DNA from: Octopus sinensis
Taxonomy: Eukaryota
DNA: 64,000 bases
Direction: 5' to 3'
Assembly (NCBI RefSeq): GCF_006345805.1
Contig: NC_043003.1
Location: 43,400,001 to 43,464,000 of the forward strand
Part shown: positions 1 to 14,197 of the stretch, piece by piece
How the letters are laid out: every line of letters starts with the position of its first letter
Numbering within the stretch: the stretch's first letter is position 1
Notes under the pieces: model-generated
Databases searched by the model: none
Told to the model about the DNA's origin: nothing
The model's input: the letters and a program-made list of their open reading frames with translations, nothing else
Program-made: the position numbers and the translations under genes

Positions 1-429
1 TCAGCTCCGAAATCTTTAGAGAGAATATTTCTCCCATAGGATATTGGCAGTTTCAAGTAGTATAGATTATTTTTTATAATTATTTGTGTTTGATTTTTAT
101 ATTGTTTATAAACTGTCGATGTTTGCAATTTTTTTTTAACTAAAATGGACGATTAGAAAATTGAAGTTAGTGTTTCAATTTATCATACACTTTTTCGCTT
201 TCACCAGCTTACTGACAGCTCCAACCAAATTTCTGAGTAAATAGCAATTAATGACTGAATAGATGACTCTTATGTGACTTGATTCCGGTCATACTCTTTC
301 GGCTGATGATATCTATGTGGTTGCTGTTGTAGTTGTCGATGTCGATAACGATGATGACGATGAGGACGTTGATAATAACAAAAAACAACGTCGATGATGT
401 GTTTGCTCATGTGTGGATTTTTGTGGTTC

Positions 430-492
430 GTGTATGTATGTATGTGTCTATACACACTTATATATCCATATATGCATATGCATGTGTGTGCG

Positions 493-528
<36 letters not shown>

Positions 529-567
529 ATATATATATGTATATGTATGTATATATGTATGTGTGTA

Positions 568-603
<36 letters not shown>

Positions 604-658
604 CATTTACATAAACTCATATATATATACATAGATAGAGATAGACATGGATATAAAC

Positions 659-700
<42 letters not shown>
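430..700. repeat. Compound (TA)n/(TATG)n microsatellite
   Basis: Direct reading. It explains the YI/IY-rich ORFs 270..728, 333..614, 394..708 and 413..634. Confidence 0.95.
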
Positions 701-701
<1 letters not shown>

Positions 702-723
702 TATATAACCCTCCTCACGCAAA

Positions 724-870
724 ACCACTTGCTAAGAAGATCGATTCTCAATCCCACCACATGGTTCCTGCATGAGTAGTTGGGGCAAATCTCTTCCATT
801 ATAACCTCGGACCAACCAAATCCTTTTGGGTGCAGATGGTAGACAGAAAGTGTAAGCGGCTCGTCTTATA
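724..870 (+). mobile_element. Diverged tRNA-derived SINE fragment (family B: CORE-like middle, internal microsatellite)
   Basis: accacatggttcc...ttggggcaaatctcttccattataacctcggaccaaccaaatccttttgggtgcagatggtagacagaaagtgtaagcggctcgtc aligns by eye with the reverse complement of the 50365-50783 copy. Confidence 0.7.
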
Positions 871-2214
871 TGTATGTGTGTGTTTCTGTGTGTGCGTGTG
901 GGAGAGAGAGAGACATAGAGAGAGAGAAAGAGATGGTGAGAGAGAGGGAGAGAGAGAAAGAGGGATTATGTGTGTGCATTTAATGCTCAGTCATTACAGG
1001 TTTTCAGCCCCACACCTTCGAGGGTTTTCAATCCCCCACCAGGAGATATGCTGATAAAGAGGTAAAGTTCAACTTCTAAGTACATGCAACCCCGAGTATT
1101 TTGCTCTATTGCATCCTCTTGGTCAAATATATTTTTGATATTTTGCGAGCCTCTCATAACAAAACAGAAATCAATATTATACCGAATATTCTTCCAAGCG
1201 TGTGCATGGCTGTATCACTGACATTTCACTCAGTGAATATTCCACGTTTCACAGGATGTAAAATCCGTCGACATTTTAACTAAATACCCCTTTCACGACC
1301 GCAGTAAACTCAAATTTCATGCATGTACATACATTTCCATGTATTGTTTCTGTATTCAACCATACCAACGTATATATATATAATTTATATCTTTTGGTAC
1401 TTCAAATTATCTACTAACTCGTTTCTTGCCTTTACAAGCTTTTCATTCTCCATTTCTGTGTGACAAGTCTCATTCTCAGTTTCTTTCATTTCGTCTCTGG
1501 ATGTCTCAACTACTTTTCTTTCAATACTTTCTCAGCTTTATTCTGCCCCTTGGCATATGCAATTTGTACAGTTTAGTCAATATTCACATATATTCAGGGA
1601 TTATTTTAATGCACATGTTGTAAATCCCTGCACATTTATCATGAGTGAAGTGCTTTGATGTGCAGGGGATAATTGTTGATATTCAACATATATAGTCTAA
1701 ATTTCTAGACGACATATCAAAATGAAGAGAGAACGTAGCGAAAGCATCACATGGAGACGTAAATGATCCACGTCTCTACTTTTTATTTGTCTTGTCCTGG
1801 CCACGAGAATCTGCATAATCTCTGATTTCAATTATGTTATTTGTGAAGTAAGCAAACTCAAGTATTGTGTTACTTCTATTATTATGCTATTATACTTCTG
1901 GTTAACAGTATAATAATTTTTACAGTTACTTGATATGTACTTACTCTATATGTTCACATAGAATTGTATTTTCATAATTATTTCGGATACTCATTCACTG
2001 TTTTTATACTATTTCCAGTTAGAAATTCCAAAACACTCTCTAAGGAGTTCTTGTGTGAAATTAGACAAAATAATAATTTTTGCATTGACATAAAGCTACA
2101 TGATTATATGTGGAGAAGAATAATGTGATTGTCTTAGTTATGAAATATTATTACAGTGATCTTAATGAACACGAAACGATGAGTTTGCAGAGACACTAAC
2201 ATTATCAGGTAGAT

Positions 2215-2620
2215 GCAACTAATTGTGGTGCCACTCCAGACAGTTTTGCAACCAGCTGTCGCCGCTGGTCTCTGTTATGCGTGACAGGATGAAGGTGTGT
2301 TCTATGTTTAACAAAATCTTGATGTTGTCAGATCAATATTTTCTCTGCGTGGTTCTCATTTGCTCTCCATCCACTGTACCCTGGATGAGTTTTCGACTGG
2401 GTGCTGTCTCGGGATATGTGACCATACCAAGTATGCCTTCCTGTTTTTAGTTGAGCTGTGCGTGGTTCCTGTTTGCCAGCATAATTGTTGACCAGATACA
2501 CGGCAAAGTTGTTCGTTTTGTGCTCTATGTGCAGGTTGCGTTGCAAGCCATCTAAAGTACTTGAACTTAAATGCTTGAATTCTTCACTCTGTATTAGCTG
2601 TAAGAGTCCAGCTCTTACAC
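2215..2620 (-). mobile_element. RTE-clade LINE, degenerate 3' end of ORF2
   Basis: ORF 2328..2660 contains EHKTNNFAVYLVNNYAGKQEP...TWYGHISRDS, matching the RTE C-terminal pattern (HKTNE.V....G.QEPL...VKRRKL.WYGH..R); frameshifted. Confidence 0.75.
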
Positions 2621-3169
2621 ACATACAGAAGGCAACATGGAAAAAAATTAAATCATGCAATGTATTTTCTTACCTTTTACACACATAATAATACGCTATG
2701 TTCAAATACTGCTTGTGAGGATCGATACAATGAAGTACCAGCTTAATACTGAGGACAATTCTATCTACTACCCATATGTACACATATAAAATATATACAC
2801 ATAAAAAAATAATTCATGTTCTTGTGCCCCGATTAGAAATAATTTATATTATAGAAACAAAACGGATGAAAGAAATAGCTGAATCTATCGGGATTTGAAC
2901 AGAGACTCAAAATAAACGAATAAAAAACTAAAACTACACGGCAGTCTATTTTGTTGTGTTGCTCTAGCAATTCTGAAGATGGTTATTAATAGTGTGACAT
3001 TGGTAAGCGTTTATAACTAATATCGTTTTCGTCGTTTTATTGTAACGCAAGCAGCATCAAATTATTTTGAATATCGGTTCACATGAAAGGTAAGCTGATA
3101 CTTAACAAGAATAACAAAAAAAAAAAAAAATAAATAAATAAAGCAAAACAAAAACAAATCAGAGGACAA

Positions 3170-3299
3170 CAAATGCAACAAGTACGAAGCACAGTATCAT
3201 CACAGTCACCAGCAGCAACATCAACAACTTCAATACGAACATCATCATCATCTTCATCATCGCCAACATCAACACTACAACTAGCACAGCTAACATCAA

Positions 3300-3340
<41 letters not shown>

Positions 3341-3341
3341 A

Positions 3342-3380
<39 letters not shown>

Positions 3381-3610
3381 TCTGTCGCTACCAACATCGC
3401 TATCATGATCAGCAGCAGCATCATTAACACCGTTGTCATCGCCGTCCATATTATCTTCACCATGACAGTCACCGTCATCACCATCACCATCATCATCATC
3501 AACTAAGGACACAAGCACTACCATCACCAACATAATCCTCTCCACCATCACCAACACCTCCACCACCATTACCACCACCACCATCACCACCACCACCGTC
3601 ACCTCGGATA
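3170..3610. repeat. Degenerate (CAT)n/(CAC)n trinucleotide low-complexity tract
   Basis: Direct reading; gives poly-S/H/M/D pseudo-ORFs. Confidence 0.9.
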
Positions 3611-3944
3611 AAATAAAGCATACGTAGCTGCGCAAAAACAAAAACAACGGAGGCAACAAAAGGAGGCAAACAGTATTCAGGCTACAGAGAAGCAGTGAAT
3701 GATTTTCTGTTTTTTCTTCTTTTACTACAGCAAACTTATTTATTTTTATTTGTTTATATATATTTTATATAAGCATCATGCGTTTTTTTTTTTCCATTAA
3801 CAAAATGAATCAACTGATACAAATCCACTGTATGATTAAGGTCAATGATTGATATGGATATACAGACCAGCTATATAATCGCGCACAAAAACCAACTGCT
3901 AATATGATTCTTCCAGACACACACAAATATGTATATACGCATGT

Positions 3945-4047
3945 GTGAATGTATGTATGTATGTATGTATGTATGTATGTATGTATGTATGTATGTATGT
4001 ATGTATGTATGGATAGATGTATGTATGGATAGATGTATGTATGTATG

Positions 4048-4078
<31 letters not shown>

Positions 4079-4560
4079 GCATGCTTGTAGGTATGTATGT
4101 GTGTGTAAGTAAGTATGTATGTATAAATGGATGTAGGGATGCATGTGTATATGATTGTATGTATGTATGTATGCATGCATGCAAGTATTTATGCATGTAT
4201 GCATGTATGTGTGTGTAAGTATGTATGTATAAATGGATGTAGAGATGTATGTGTATATGTATGTATGTATGCATGCAAGTATGTATGCATGTATGTATGC
4301 ATGTATGTGTGTAAGAATGTATGGATAAATATATGTATGTATGTAAGCATGTATGTAGGTATGTATGTGTGTGTAAGTATGTATGTATTAATGGATGTAG
4401 GGATGTATGTGTATATGTATGTATGCATGCAAGTATGTATGCATGTATGTATGCATGTATGTGTGTGTAAGTATGTATGTATAAATGGATGTATGTGTAT
4501 CTGTACGTAGGAATTAAAGTATGTACGTATGAATGAATGCATGTATGTGTATATGCATAT
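3945..4560. repeat. (GTAT)n microsatellite with a superimposed ~90-130-bp higher-order repeat
   Basis: The motif gtgtgtaagtatgtatgtataaatggatgtagggatg recurs near 4100, 4212, 4368 and 4462. Confidence 0.85.
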
Positions 4561-4949
4561 ATGTATGCATCTGTGTATGTGTATATCTGTACATAGGTTT
4601 ACGATTAGCTACCTGTAAATATATGTATGTATGTGGTGCATATATGCATACCAACACGCTCAGACAAGCAGACACAGAGGCTCACATATGTGTATATGCG
4701 TTGAGGGAGACATACAGACAGACGGATAGATAGACAGAGAGAATCAGAAAGATAGATAATGTGTATATGTATATATGTGTTTGCGTATATATGCGCTTGA
4801 GCGTGTGTTTCGCGCCATTGTAAGTGTGTGAGTGTTTGAATGTTTGAATGTGTTAAACAGTAAACTCTACGCTCAGAGTACTAAGTTAGATTTTATTCAG
4901 TAAATATGTAGACTTAAGATTTATATAAACACACACACACACCCACACA

Positions 4950-5020
<71 letters not shown>

Positions 5021-5819
5021 TTAAAGAGATAAAGCGATAGATTGAAAGAGACACTTAGAGTGCTACAGCAGATTACCATTGAAAGTTCGCACTATCTAAA
5101 AGACCTTGATATGAATAAAGAGATGAATAGATCCGCAACGTGCCAACATATACACTCACAAACACAAACACATTCACACACACACACACACACACATGCA
5201 CGCACACAGACACAATCTTTCTCTCGTGCGCGCATCTACAGGGCTGCCACACATATATACAGATAAATGTGTACACGACTCGATCCATACGAAGTAGTAT
5301 ACAGAGATAATAGTGTTTGCAATGTGATGTGAATATACTTTGAAATTGATAGTTATGGGTAACAAGATTTACACAGAAATAGAGAGGTAGCGCTAGTGTA
5401 TATATAGATTAAAGTAATATGAAATTGACTTAACTATCACTTGTAAGTTAGATACGCTGATGTGGGAGTATAAGGGGGGGATAAAGACGATGATACAAGC
5501 TGGTACAGTTACCAAAGTTTGATGAACGTTATTCAGAATATTACATAGTAATTAACATCTACAGCGTAGACTATCTGAGACTTTTCCACAAGGATACGCT
5601 TATAGACACTTCTACAGACGCACAAACAGACACACACATAGAGGGACACACGCATATACAGACACACACGCACACACACATATACAAAGAAGTTAATAGT
5701 AAGCGTCATATATACCAACGCACACACATATAACCAGGTTCACCCCACCCCACCCCACCATGCATAACTATTTCAATGTATCTATATATCTGTCTGTCTA
5801 CCTTTACGAATCTTGTGTC

Positions 5820-5835
5820 CTTGTGTGTGTGTGTG

Positions 5836-5876
<41 letters not shown>

Positions 5877-5929
5877 TATATAATATATATATATACAATA
5901 TATGTATATATATATATATATAAATACAC

Positions 5930-5970
<41 letters not shown>

Positions 5971-5990
5971 ATATATATATATATATATCC
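5820..5990. repeat. (TA)n-rich microsatellite
   Basis: Direct reading. Confidence 0.95.
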
Positions 5991-7106
5991 CCACCCACCA
6001 ACATATAGTGTGTGTATGTATGTATGTGTTAGTGTGTTTGCATAATCTGAGAGTAATTCGCACACACATAGATATATATATGAAGTATGCATATACTTAT
6101 TTATGCTACCGATCGCACACCCACCTACACCTACATATATGTTTACGTAAGCAAGGCTATATGTTTGGTCGACATTGTCCATAAACATGCATTGCATTGC
6201 AGCAAAACTCACCTATAAACATGCTCGATACGCACGAATTCACAAACTTATAGTTGTCTACCTACAAGAACATAAACATAACATAAAAAATCACACGAAA
6301 CGTATATCATCAGTGTCAGTTTCATTCGCAGACACGTACACATGCACATATAGCACTCCAGTACATATACACGCTTCCAGCCATTTTGAAACAAAACACC
6401 AAGCTCACACATTAATCTATATATTTTCTAATCATACGAACAAACAATACATATAACTGAGTAATAAAACACAAAATAAAATACATCAAAGCATACAGTC
6501 ATTGAGTAGTGTTTATCACACACGAGGGAAAATATTTTAAAACATATGCATACATAGGCATAAAATAAAAGACATTGAAATACATAAACGCGCAGAAAAA
6601 TCCATCCATATATAAATACATTTGGGCGAGTTAGCAATACTCGTGTTGCAATACAAAGGAATGTGTAAGATCAAGGTTCGCTATTTTCGCATAGAAATAT
6701 ATGTAAATATACACGTGTGTCAAATAAACCTCAGTTGATACTGGATGCCTTTCGAGGCCACAAACCCGCTGAAAACGAGAACAAATCACATTCATAAGTA
6801 ACCCGTATATTTTAGAAATAGAAGTCAATGTTACATAGGAAAATGTGGTTCAGAACATTTGGTGATTCAATTGTAGACACGATGGCGATAACTGAAATAA
6901 GGCTAGATAAGCTAGAGCAAGACTAAACTTCAGTTAAATCTCAATAACAACACAGAGTAAAATAATGTAATTCATAAATCCTAGAAAAAATATGCACACA
7001 GACATACTCACACATGCACATTCATATTCACAGAAATGCACACACACATACTGACACACACACACAAACAAACACAGACACACAAAGATATATAATATAA
7101 ATACTC

Positions 7107-7149
<43 letters not shown>

Positions 7150-7264
7150 ACTTATAAAGAAAGGCAAAAGTAAATTATTTTAATATGCTGCCACTTTTTT
7201 GATGAATTTTTTTTCTGTAAAAACAATTCATCCTATATTAGTATATATATATATATAGTATATA

Positions 7265-7300
<36 letters not shown>

Positions 7301-7829
7301 TGTATGTATGTATGTATATGTATATATATTGGAAAGTCGATGATGATTATCTAATACAGTTTTGAAGTGTAAAGTTGATCTTTTTTATAAATAATTAAAA
7401 AAAATAATGTTACTAAATCGTTTACCATGATTTTTTGGGGAACAACTTTTTTAGTGTGTGAGCGTTTTCGTTTAACCTTTTCAAACACACATACACACGC
7501 ATGCACACACACGCACGCATGCATACACACAAACGCATGTATACATACACGCGCATGCACATACACACACACACTCACACACGCATGGTCAGCGGATCAT
7601 ATATCCGAAAAAGAATACCACTTTAAAAAGTAGAACAGTAATGTATTTATATAAATTTCAGTATCTGTCTAATCACAGTGTGACCAATTGCTTTGCATCC
7701 TTAAGCACTTAGCTTTATACACGCCTCACAGCCATTAGTCTCTGACGAGTGGTGTATAAAGTTAAACACTTTATGCATGCAAATCCATTGGTCACTCTAT
7801 GATCGTTCATATAGTTAACTTCGTGTGGA

Positions 7830-7980
<151 letters not shown>

Positions 7981-9734
7981 TGTATATATGCATGCATGAA
8001 CATTAGACAAGATGGAACACGTAGTTTCATTGGATGAAAAATGGATTGCTCATAACTGAATGACTTCGGGCATTGGGTTGCTCATTCAAAGTTAATCTTT
8101 AAATTTCAAATATACAAAAACGACATAGTCACTAATACAACAAACAACACACAACATTCACTCACACAGAACTTACATGATGCATAAACAGAGCAAAGCT
8201 TACTCACACTCACACAATCACACATGCTAATGTACAGGGAAGCGCTCCTGTACTAAAATACATCCATGATACAAAACATATACAGACACAAAGCATTCAT
8301 CTTGACAGACACCAATGGAAAACAATTATTTACACACAAAATACACACGGAACAACAATGCATATTGTTTAAACAGCCAAAATACGGAGTACACTCGCAT
8401 ACAGAACAGACAAAAGAACTACGATAATCAACAATGCAATCGTGCATACACACATACACACATATATACTCACACAGATTCAAGTGCACGCACACAATAC
8501 AGAGTACTTACAACGAGAGGGAAAAATAGGTTCAGGTAATTAAGCATACACGCATACATACACATAAAATAAGAATTACAGCCATAAATAGAACAGCGTC
8601 AGGTTTCTCTGTATGCATACGGAACATTGATTGCAAACAGAACACATATTCATAATACACGCACAAGTGCGGCTACAAACACGTAAAGAGACACGCATAC
8701 ATGAATATTACACGTGATTAGGAACAATGTGTCGAAGAGGCATCGATAAGTCTCCTGCCACCTACGACAAATAGAAGTCAAATTTCCCTCAAACATAAGA
8801 AACACTCTACCTTTCATATACAATAGATAATGCAGTATTTGATATACAACGAAAGCGGCAAAATCCAAGCCAGATCGTCAGTGACCTTAGACTTGCCTAT
8901 CATGAGTTGAATTGGGATTAAAATATCTTACAAATCACAGACACTCATCTATATTACAGCGAGGTAGAATCTCATGGCATAATTATTTTGACCAGGCGTA
9001 GACAATATACGTTTTACATATCCATTAGGTACATATCGTATCAAACACAATGAAACACACTACCAAAAGTTGTAAACGATATAAATTTCACACCTACATG
9101 AGAGAGAGAAGGGGGTAGAAGGAGAGAGAGAGAGAGATGAAAATGCTTTATGTTCTCTTGGTTCGTTGATACATACTCGCACATATGCGCACAAATATAT
9201 TATGGTAACCAAGTAGACAGCCTCGCGCATTAATTTATACTACTGACAGAAAAAAACCCCAGACACTGATGAATACATAATTTAAAGTCAGGAAATCTCA
9301 CACATGCATGCAATCAAGTATACACTCATCTATACATACATACACACGCAAATATCAAATTCGATAAATTCGCACACTGACGGACGAGCACATATTCACT
9401 GACACGATGTGGAAGTTAGCTATACACCCACGTGCAAATGTATAAAGGAAGACTTAGGAATGGCGGTTAGCATTACATACACACACTCTCATAGAGATAG
9501 CACATAGTCACACAAAGAACCGGAAGTATTAGAATCCTGGTGGACAGTGGGGGAAGGAAGAACAATTAATTGAAATGAAATGTTCATTAACTAATTGACA
9601 GATTAATAAATAACAATAAAAATAACAAAGCAAAGAAAAAAAATCAAACAATTAAAGGAATGTGTATATGGTGGTGGTGGTGGTGGTGGTGGGGGTAATA
9701 AATATCTGAGGGAGAAAACAAAGGGGATGATGTT

Positions 9735-10138
9735 GCAGCTTGTGATGCTGCTGCTGCTGCTGCTGCTGCTGCTGACTGTTATGTTGTCTCTGGTTGTGAT
9801 GATGATGATGATGATGATAGTGATGGTTCTGGTGATAATGAGGATTATGATTAAAAAATAGGTGAGTGAGTTACAATAACAACGAAAATGGTGTGGAAAA
9901 TGATGATGATGATGATGATGATTGTGATAATGATGACGACACAGACGACGACTACGATGACGGTGATGGTAATAGTGGTGATCATGAAGATGATGACGAC
10001 GACGATGTTGATGATGATGATGATGATGATGACGATGATGGCGACGAGGTTCATGATCATGATATCTGCAACCATGAAGGTAGTTGAATTGGAGCGGAAG
10101 TGATGGCTGTGCGGTTGTTCATGATGAGGCCATAACAG

Positions 10139-10178
<40 letters not shown>

Positions 10179-10257
10179 CACTGTTGGTTCGTTAATCAGG
10201 ATAATGATGATTGCTCTAAAAATGGTGATAACGCTTTTCAAATAACTGACGACGATA

Positions 10258-10290
<33 letters not shown>
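9735..10290. repeat. Degenerate (GCT)n/(GAT)n tracts
   Basis: Direct reading; source of the poly-Asp ORF 9866..10087. Confidence 0.9.
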
Positions 10291-10716
10291 TTGCTAATGT
10301 AGCTGGGATTTTGATTTCAAATATATTAATAACGGAATCATGTTTATAACGTTCATTTCACTTCGGAAATATACTACGAAAACGGTGATAAACGTAAAGA
10401 AGATGACAAGAACTGCTGAGCGTATATTTCTTGGTATCCGTTACCAGTATTAACCGCTTGAACGACAAAAGTCCTCCATAATTCTTTTAGTCACCCGCTT
10501 TTTTTTTGTCGTATATTTCGTTTGGTTAAGAAATGCAGAAATGGTTATATATTTGCATTAAGTTAATATTTGGTTTAGAGTTTTTTACACTAGCGAATGT
10601 CACAACGAAGTGTTTCAGCAGTGAAAAGGAATGATTTTAAGGGATTTATTTTCGAAAGCACGGTCTACGCAGTTTCGCAATGGAGTTTACAACGCACACG
10701 CACGCAGACACACACC

Positions 10717-10752
<36 letters not shown>

Positions 10753-10789
10753 AATACACATATTCGCAAACTCATGTATATACGTATAC

Positions 10790-10821
<32 letters not shown>

Positions 10822-11779
10822 ATATGTATAGATACATACATGCACACACACACATGTGTGTGTGTGTGTAAACAGAGTTAGTGGTTATAATAAGCGACTA
10901 AGGGATAACATATTCGTATGTACTATCGGTATCCCTTAAATGTGTTTTCCCCGGGCATTGGTGTACAGGCACACTATGCACGTAGAGTGCAAGTAATGAC
11001 AGGATAAACAAGGATTTAACAGGAAACAAATAAAAATAATCAGAAACTGGAGTAAACCTCAGATTAATAAGCACATCGATTAGACCACATTCATAGCTTA
11101 TTCTTTTAACACAAATCATGACGTAACAAAGCTTACGGCTATTTCTGCATCCGTTTGTAAACATCTGCCTATAACTATTTGCGAAAATAAAAATCTTCAT
11201 CTTCATAGGACATCCGAATTAAGGCACGAAGCTTTATCAGAGTAAAAAACAAGACCATCCAATATAAACCAAGGGAAGAAGGAATAGGGAAGAAAACATG
11301 GCCTAGAAATGAAGTCTAGTAGTCCAATATATTAAAAACATATAATCTACCATGTTGTGGCTACGAGGTCCGTAACGTAAATGATCGAGGTAATAATGAT
11401 CTAAGGAGTACCACAAGTGTGGCACAATATGTTTCAAAATTCACGAAAAGAAGTTATCAAAATAAAAAAAATAATACAAGCAAATTTACTGACATGGTTA
11501 TCAATGGGGAGTACCTATGCTAACGAAGTAAACGCAAGCAAAATGTATCCAGAACATTACCGTAGGGTGCTTAAGAAAATGTACTCATAGAAATATTAAC
11601 ATGAATCCCACCTATGGTACACAATGCGGCAAATCTAATTCCAGCGGTCTCTACAAATGATCAGTTGCAATTTGTATCGAGGTCGCAAGTTAAAACTGTT
11701 ACAATGGATATGTCAATAAAAATAAATCAGAAAAGATAGTGTCCGGGGGAAGAAAACAATGATATAAGTGCTGCTTGGC

Positions 11780-11870
11780 CGTTTATGTCCTTCAGGAACT
11801 TAACCTTATAACATGCATTATGGAACTGTCAAAGAATAAATAGCCTCGGGTTATAGTTATGGGGAGGCAA
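11780..11870 (+). repeat. Left arm of a ~90-bp diverged inverted repeat (partner 13492-13582)
   Basis: tagcctcgggttata (11841-11855) is the exact reverse complement of tataacccgaggcta (13507-13521); ttataacatgcat (11806-11818) pairs with atgcatgttataa (13544-13556). Confidence 0.85.
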
Positions 11871-12167
11871 TTAGTACAGATAATACAGCGACTCATTGAG
11901 TTACTAAGAAATGGATTTGGAATTAACATCATATATAGTGAACTGTGGTAATAATTTGATATAAACAGGTACGCAAGAAATATCTATTTTATAGTTACAC
12001 TACAATGCACAAATAAAAATCACTTACAATTAGGCGGTTAATATTTAAGACCAAATCACATGTTAGTTATAATCAATTAATGAAAGTCACAAGTTTCTAC
12101 ATTATACTAAATATGCTTAATAAGCATTACTTAATCATTAAAGCTAGATAGTTCCTATTATAATATA

Positions 12168-12563
12168 CTAGCAGTATCGCCCGGCGTTGCTCGGGTTTGT
12201 AAGGGACATAACTATAAAGCATTTTTAGAGAGTTATAGCCAAAAAAAAGCAAAAAAAATGCATTAAAAATGGGAAAAAAATATGGTAATTTTTTTCAAAA
12301 ATCGTTGACTCATCGTAGACATTTTTAGAGAGTTACTTCCCTTATATACTAGCGAAAAAATGCATTAAAATGGAAAAAAATATGGTAAATTATTTTTTAA
12401 ATCGTAGACTCTTCGTAGACGCGCGCTAATACCCAGAAGGGCTCGATATGAATCACGACTATAAGATACCCGGTTTTGGTTAAACTGCACCGCAAAATGT
12501 GGGAGTAGTTAGGAATCTAAATCGTAGGAGACAGACACACAACTTCACTTTTATATATAAAGA
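12168..12563 (-). mobile_element. Non-autonomous Helitron, copy 1 (396 bp)
   Basis: Minus strand reads A|TCTTTATATATAAAAG...CCCGAGCAACGCCGGG-cgatactg-CTAG|T: 5' TC, subterminal GC hairpin, 3' CTAG, AT target and no TSD. A near-identical copy lies at 19500-19886. Confidence 0.85.
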
Positions 12564-12722
12564 TATAATTAAAAAGAGTATGTTGGCACTATATAGGTCC
12601 ACTGGCAAATTAGTATTTTGAGTAAAGTTTCTTTCATTCAAACAAATTACTAAACATACTTCAAAACCAATAAAAACTACCGTAAGATTAGAATGAAATA
12701 CTAATTGGATTTAATAACTAAG

Positions 12723-12906
12723 AATTATTAACTAAAGGTATATTAACTTAAAGTGGGTGCAGAAAGTACTATTACAATCAACAGTCTGTGCTTATATTAC
12801 ATTACCCTACAATTAGATTCTTCTTATCAATAAATCTAATAATCAAAAAATTATAACCTAATAATATATTAACTCTAACTGGGTGCAGACATGCAATTTC
12901 AATCAA
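12723..12906. repeat. Degenerate direct repeat, period ~126 bp
   Basis: tatattaacttaaagtgggtgcaga...caatcaa (12723-12781) versus tatattaactctaactgggtgcaga...caatcaa (12849-12906). Confidence 0.55.
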
Positions 12907-13090
12907 TTGGCATCACTTACAGTTCTACATGGTATATCAATTTTTTACAAATATCTCCTGGTAAGTCCGGCTAACATAGTACAAAAACAAGCAGTCACGT
13001 ACAATGTAGAGTGGAAGAAGTTGGACATAGAGTACAAAAATATAAAGATGAAATAACATATAATATAATCAAAATAAGTTGAATAAATCA

Positions 13091-13320
13091 TATTTCTTTA
13101 CTACCCACAAGGGGCTAAACACAGACGGGACAAACAAGGACAGACACACGAATTAAGTCGATTAGATCAACCCAAGTGCGTAACTGGTGCTTAAGTTATC
13201 GACCCCGAAAGGATGAAAGGCAAAGTCGACATCGGCGGAATTTGAACACAGAACGCAGCGGCCGACGAAATACCACAAAGCATTTCGCCCGGCGCGCTAA
13301 CGTTTCTGCCAGCTCGCCGC
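13091..13320 (-). mobile_element. tRNA-derived SINE, family A (near full length)
   Basis: Reverse complement gcggcgagctggcagaaacgttagcgcgccggg...gtgttcaaattccgccga...ctttgcctttcatcctttcggggtcgata; A-box-like and B-box-like motifs; more than 10 copies in the window. Confidence 0.9.
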
Positions 13321-13564
13321 AAACGTGGGGAAAATATTGTTCCTAAATAAGTAGGGCTATTAGTGTCCACTTAAAGTGTGGGAAGGACAGTGAGTGGAGG
13401 AAAGAACAATAAGCTAGTAGTGAATTAAGTCTAAATTCCAGCAATTACCGACAAATACAGTCATGGTATAAAATGTGCAAGAGGGTAAAGAAAGCCTCTG
13501 CTTAATTATAACCCGAGGCTACTTCCTCTTTGACCGTCCCATCATGCATGTTATAACGTTAAGC

Positions 13565-14152
13565 TGCTGTAGTACATAAGCTGTCATCGCCGCTGCTGCT
13601 GTTAATTATATTTATGTTGTTGATACTATTGTAGCCGTCCGGAAAATTTCTTGTGTATATGTTTCTGCTTGTCTATGGGTTCGCTTCGTATGTTGGATTT
13701 ATTTATGTTATTTATATTTTATCTATCTCCATTTCTCATATTTATCACACATATGTGGCAAAAATATATTTATTTAATTATTTATATATTTATATATTTT
13801 GGTATTATTTTTATTTTTATCTTTATATATCTATGCGTATTTCGTATATGTATCACCGGTAAGTGCATATATGTCTATAATATGTGAATGTGTGCATTAT
13901 TTACGATTTTTTCCCTACCTCTTATCTTAACTTCTAACTTTTTGTCATACTGTTCCAATCGTGTTTTCTATTGAGCCTCGGTCTTTCTACTGCTTTGAGA
14001 GTAGCCTCTACGATCTGTCTAAGGGAAGAGAGAGAGGGAAAATAGTAAATTATACACATACGCATACAGAGGTAATACAAATGCAATATACATATATGCA
14101 TTTACCTTCGTTACACATAAGAAATAGAGATAGATATATAAAATTTAAAATG

Positions 14153-14197
<45 letters not shown>

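Noticed and set aside
9866-10087. Asp-rich ORF resembling an acidic biomineralisation protein
   Set aside because: It lies in a degenerate (GAT)n tract, has no signal peptide, and similar tracts occur nearby out of frame.
10898-11330. Long open minus-strand frame in unique-looking sequence; also considered as a mitochondrial insertion
   Set aside because: No recognisable domain and no match to mitochondrial gene motifs that I could see.
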